A DNA stretch of 64,000 nucleotides from Antedon mediterranea (taxonomy: Eukaryota > Animalia > Echinodermata): the NCBI RefSeq assembly GCF_964355755.1, contig NC_092676.1:29778871-29842870 (forward strand), in the 5' to 3' direction. Of this stretch, positions 61,920 through 64,000 are shown one piece after another; position 1 is the first letter of the stretch, and each line of letters opens with the position of its first letter. The notes under the pieces are model-generated. The model was given only the letters and a program-made list of their open reading frames with translations. It had not been told where the DNA came from and did no database searches. The position numbers and the translations under genes are program-made.

Positions 61920-63880
61920 AACGATTAACAACATCAAAATTCAAGAGTGTGGCCTGTTGACCGCCGCGAATGACCAACAATTTAATGTTAGAAAAAAGGG
62001 AATTATAACTCTCTTCGTTACGTGTTTAGAAAAGAATTTATATCTCCTCATTGGTATGTCGGCGTTGTTATGCATATGAGTCTGTGCAGGTGTAGTGGGA
62101 AAGATGGTCAACACGCCACACTGTTAACATTTACAACATCAAAAAACGGGTGGCGAAAGCCACAGAAAAATAAAAGATGTTGGTGTGCTCTTCCCGCCTC
62201 AGCCCTAAGGCCAATTGAAGCCAAATGTACTCCTTCATGTTTTAGTATTCTTGGGCGGGCTTCTTTTCTAGATGGACTTCTTTTCGAGATTACTTTCAAA
62301 TTAAATGAGGGGATCTGCTAGGTTCCTGCCCGGAGAAAATGTTTTTTTACAAGATTTGAAAAATCTTCTAATGTAAAGATCAACAACATCAACATTCAAC
62401 AGTGTGGCCATGGCATGTTGACCGCAATGAGTAACAACACCATCTTTCCCACTACACCTGCACCAACTCATTTGCATAATAACGCACGGCATACCAACTG
62501 TTTGTATAGGAGGTAGCAATCAATGGGTTGGTTGTTGGATGGCCAGGCTTGTTCAGGCGACTGAGCTAACTGATCATTTTGGTTTTATCAATATTTATGC
62601 CTAGGCAAGTGGACCTTAAATCATAAACAAAAGTGTATGGCATTCAGTTTCCATTAAATAGACACCATAACACCCATGTTCCTCATTTGTTTAGTATGGG
62701 TACGGTGGCTTCTTTTTAACGGATAAGCTTCTATTCCACATGGGGTTCTTTTCAAGATTACTTTTGTAAACTAAAGGAGGGGAGTTTCTCGATTCCCGCC
62801 CGGAAAATTGTATCTTGACATGATTTGAATTTCTAATAAAGATTAACAAAATCAAAATTTAACTTTTAAAATTAATTTTGTGGCGTGTTACACCTGCACA
62901 AACTCATTTGCATAACAACGCAGGGCTTACCAAACTGTTTAAAATAGCTACAAGGTCCTCAGAAATGATACCTATAGTATTTTGAAACATGATATAAGAG
63001 TCTTCACTAATGATTGGGGCTGAGCAAAGACAATTTTGAAACAATATTTATTGAAATATGAAATTAAATATTAAGTCTCCAGTTAAGCTCACTATGGTTG
63101 GGGCAGAGCTAAGAATGAAAGCTTAGTCCCCGGAAATTATGAAACGAAATATAAAAGTCTTCAGGACCAGCCATACAATGGTGATTGTTTCCCAAGTGTG
63201 AGACATGCAATGCACGCGGCCCTGACGGTAATTCAACAAAACGAAATTATGAAATACAAACAGAGCTAGCACAGAAAGGCCTACTTACTAATTTTAATAT
63301 TTCTATAATTTAGAAAACAATTAGATTTATCATATCACCTTTGATAATTATAATGTTAAATTTCAACTATCCAGATGCGAATTTTAGGTTGGGTTTTTAA
63401 AAACTTGACTTCATATGCTTCAATTTCGAAGATCTGCTTAAAACATATTTATTTATTTATTCTACTATAAACTTTTATTTACAACATAATATTAGTAGGC
63501 CTACAATACAATATCTTGCATGAAACGGATATTTAAAAGTACACTATAATGTGTAACGGTAGAATTACAATTCTAATGTAAAAGATTAACAAAATAAAAA
63601 TTGAACAGTGTTGTGCGTTGATCGCGAATAACTAACAATACCATCTTTCCCACAGCACATGTGCACACTCATTTGCATAACAAACGCACGGCATACCAAA
63701 CTACGATGAGATAAAATTAATTCTCTTCTAAACACGTAACGCAGAGAATTAATTCTCTTTTTTTACATTAAAATAAATTGAGGGCGCTAAACATAATATT
63801 TAAACCATCAAAGCAGTTGGCGAGAGCAAAAAAAAAAGATGGTAAATGTGCTCTCCCTGCCTCAGCACTAAGGCCCTGCC
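61920..63880. repeat. Cluster of diverged direct and inverted repeat modules, several containing octamer-like ATTTGCAT
   Basis: Module aaagattaacaa..cagtgtg..gttgaccgc..ccatctttcccac..actcatttgcataacaacgca at about 62370-62500, 62840-62935 and 63575-63700, inverted at 62050-62140, partial at 61920-61980. Confidence 0.7.
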
Positions 63881-64000
63881 ACAGCCTTTTGGGGTCCTTT
63901 CCACCACATCACCAGATGCATTGATGTTCTCGCCTCATGATTTGTGGTGGAAATGGGGACGTATGATCTGTGAACCCCAAACACAGTGGCTCGCATAGCC

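Noticed and set aside
63895-63960. SECIS element on the minus strand
   Set aside because: Spacing between AA and the 3' GA is too short, and there is no selenoprotein gene in view

Overview
AT-rich eukaryotic (animal) genomic DNA, probably a marine invertebrate deuterostome such as an echinoderm (inferred from TAGGCCTA richness and repeat types; not proven). Most ORFs in the supplied track are spurious. Two minus-strand spliced genes are supported. (1) A complete CEP162 orthologue: 28 hand-spliced, phase-consistent GT-AG coding exons, ATG at 53346 to TAA at 33996, 4326 nt / 1441 aa. (2) The first two coding exons (12863-12965 and 601-741) of an ionotropic glutamate receptor-like gene, which the ORF track misses and which runs off the left edge. 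Non-coding DNA includes a 5.5 kb 29-bp intronic satellite, a 6.8 kb CpG-rich palindromic 24-bp satellite with higher-order structure upstream of CEP162, two small Harbinger/Tourist-like MITE families (about 8 copies each), a Harbinger-like element with a decayed Myb/SANT gene, a foldback element, a tRNA-derived SINE and a Helitron-like end. Penelope-like retroelement remnants carry three distinct minimal hammerhead-ribozyme motifs, one with a U3-A8 covaried core next to a GIY-YIG C-terminus. No prokaryote-type system (CRISPR, operon) is present. All homology calls are from memory of the families; no database search was run.
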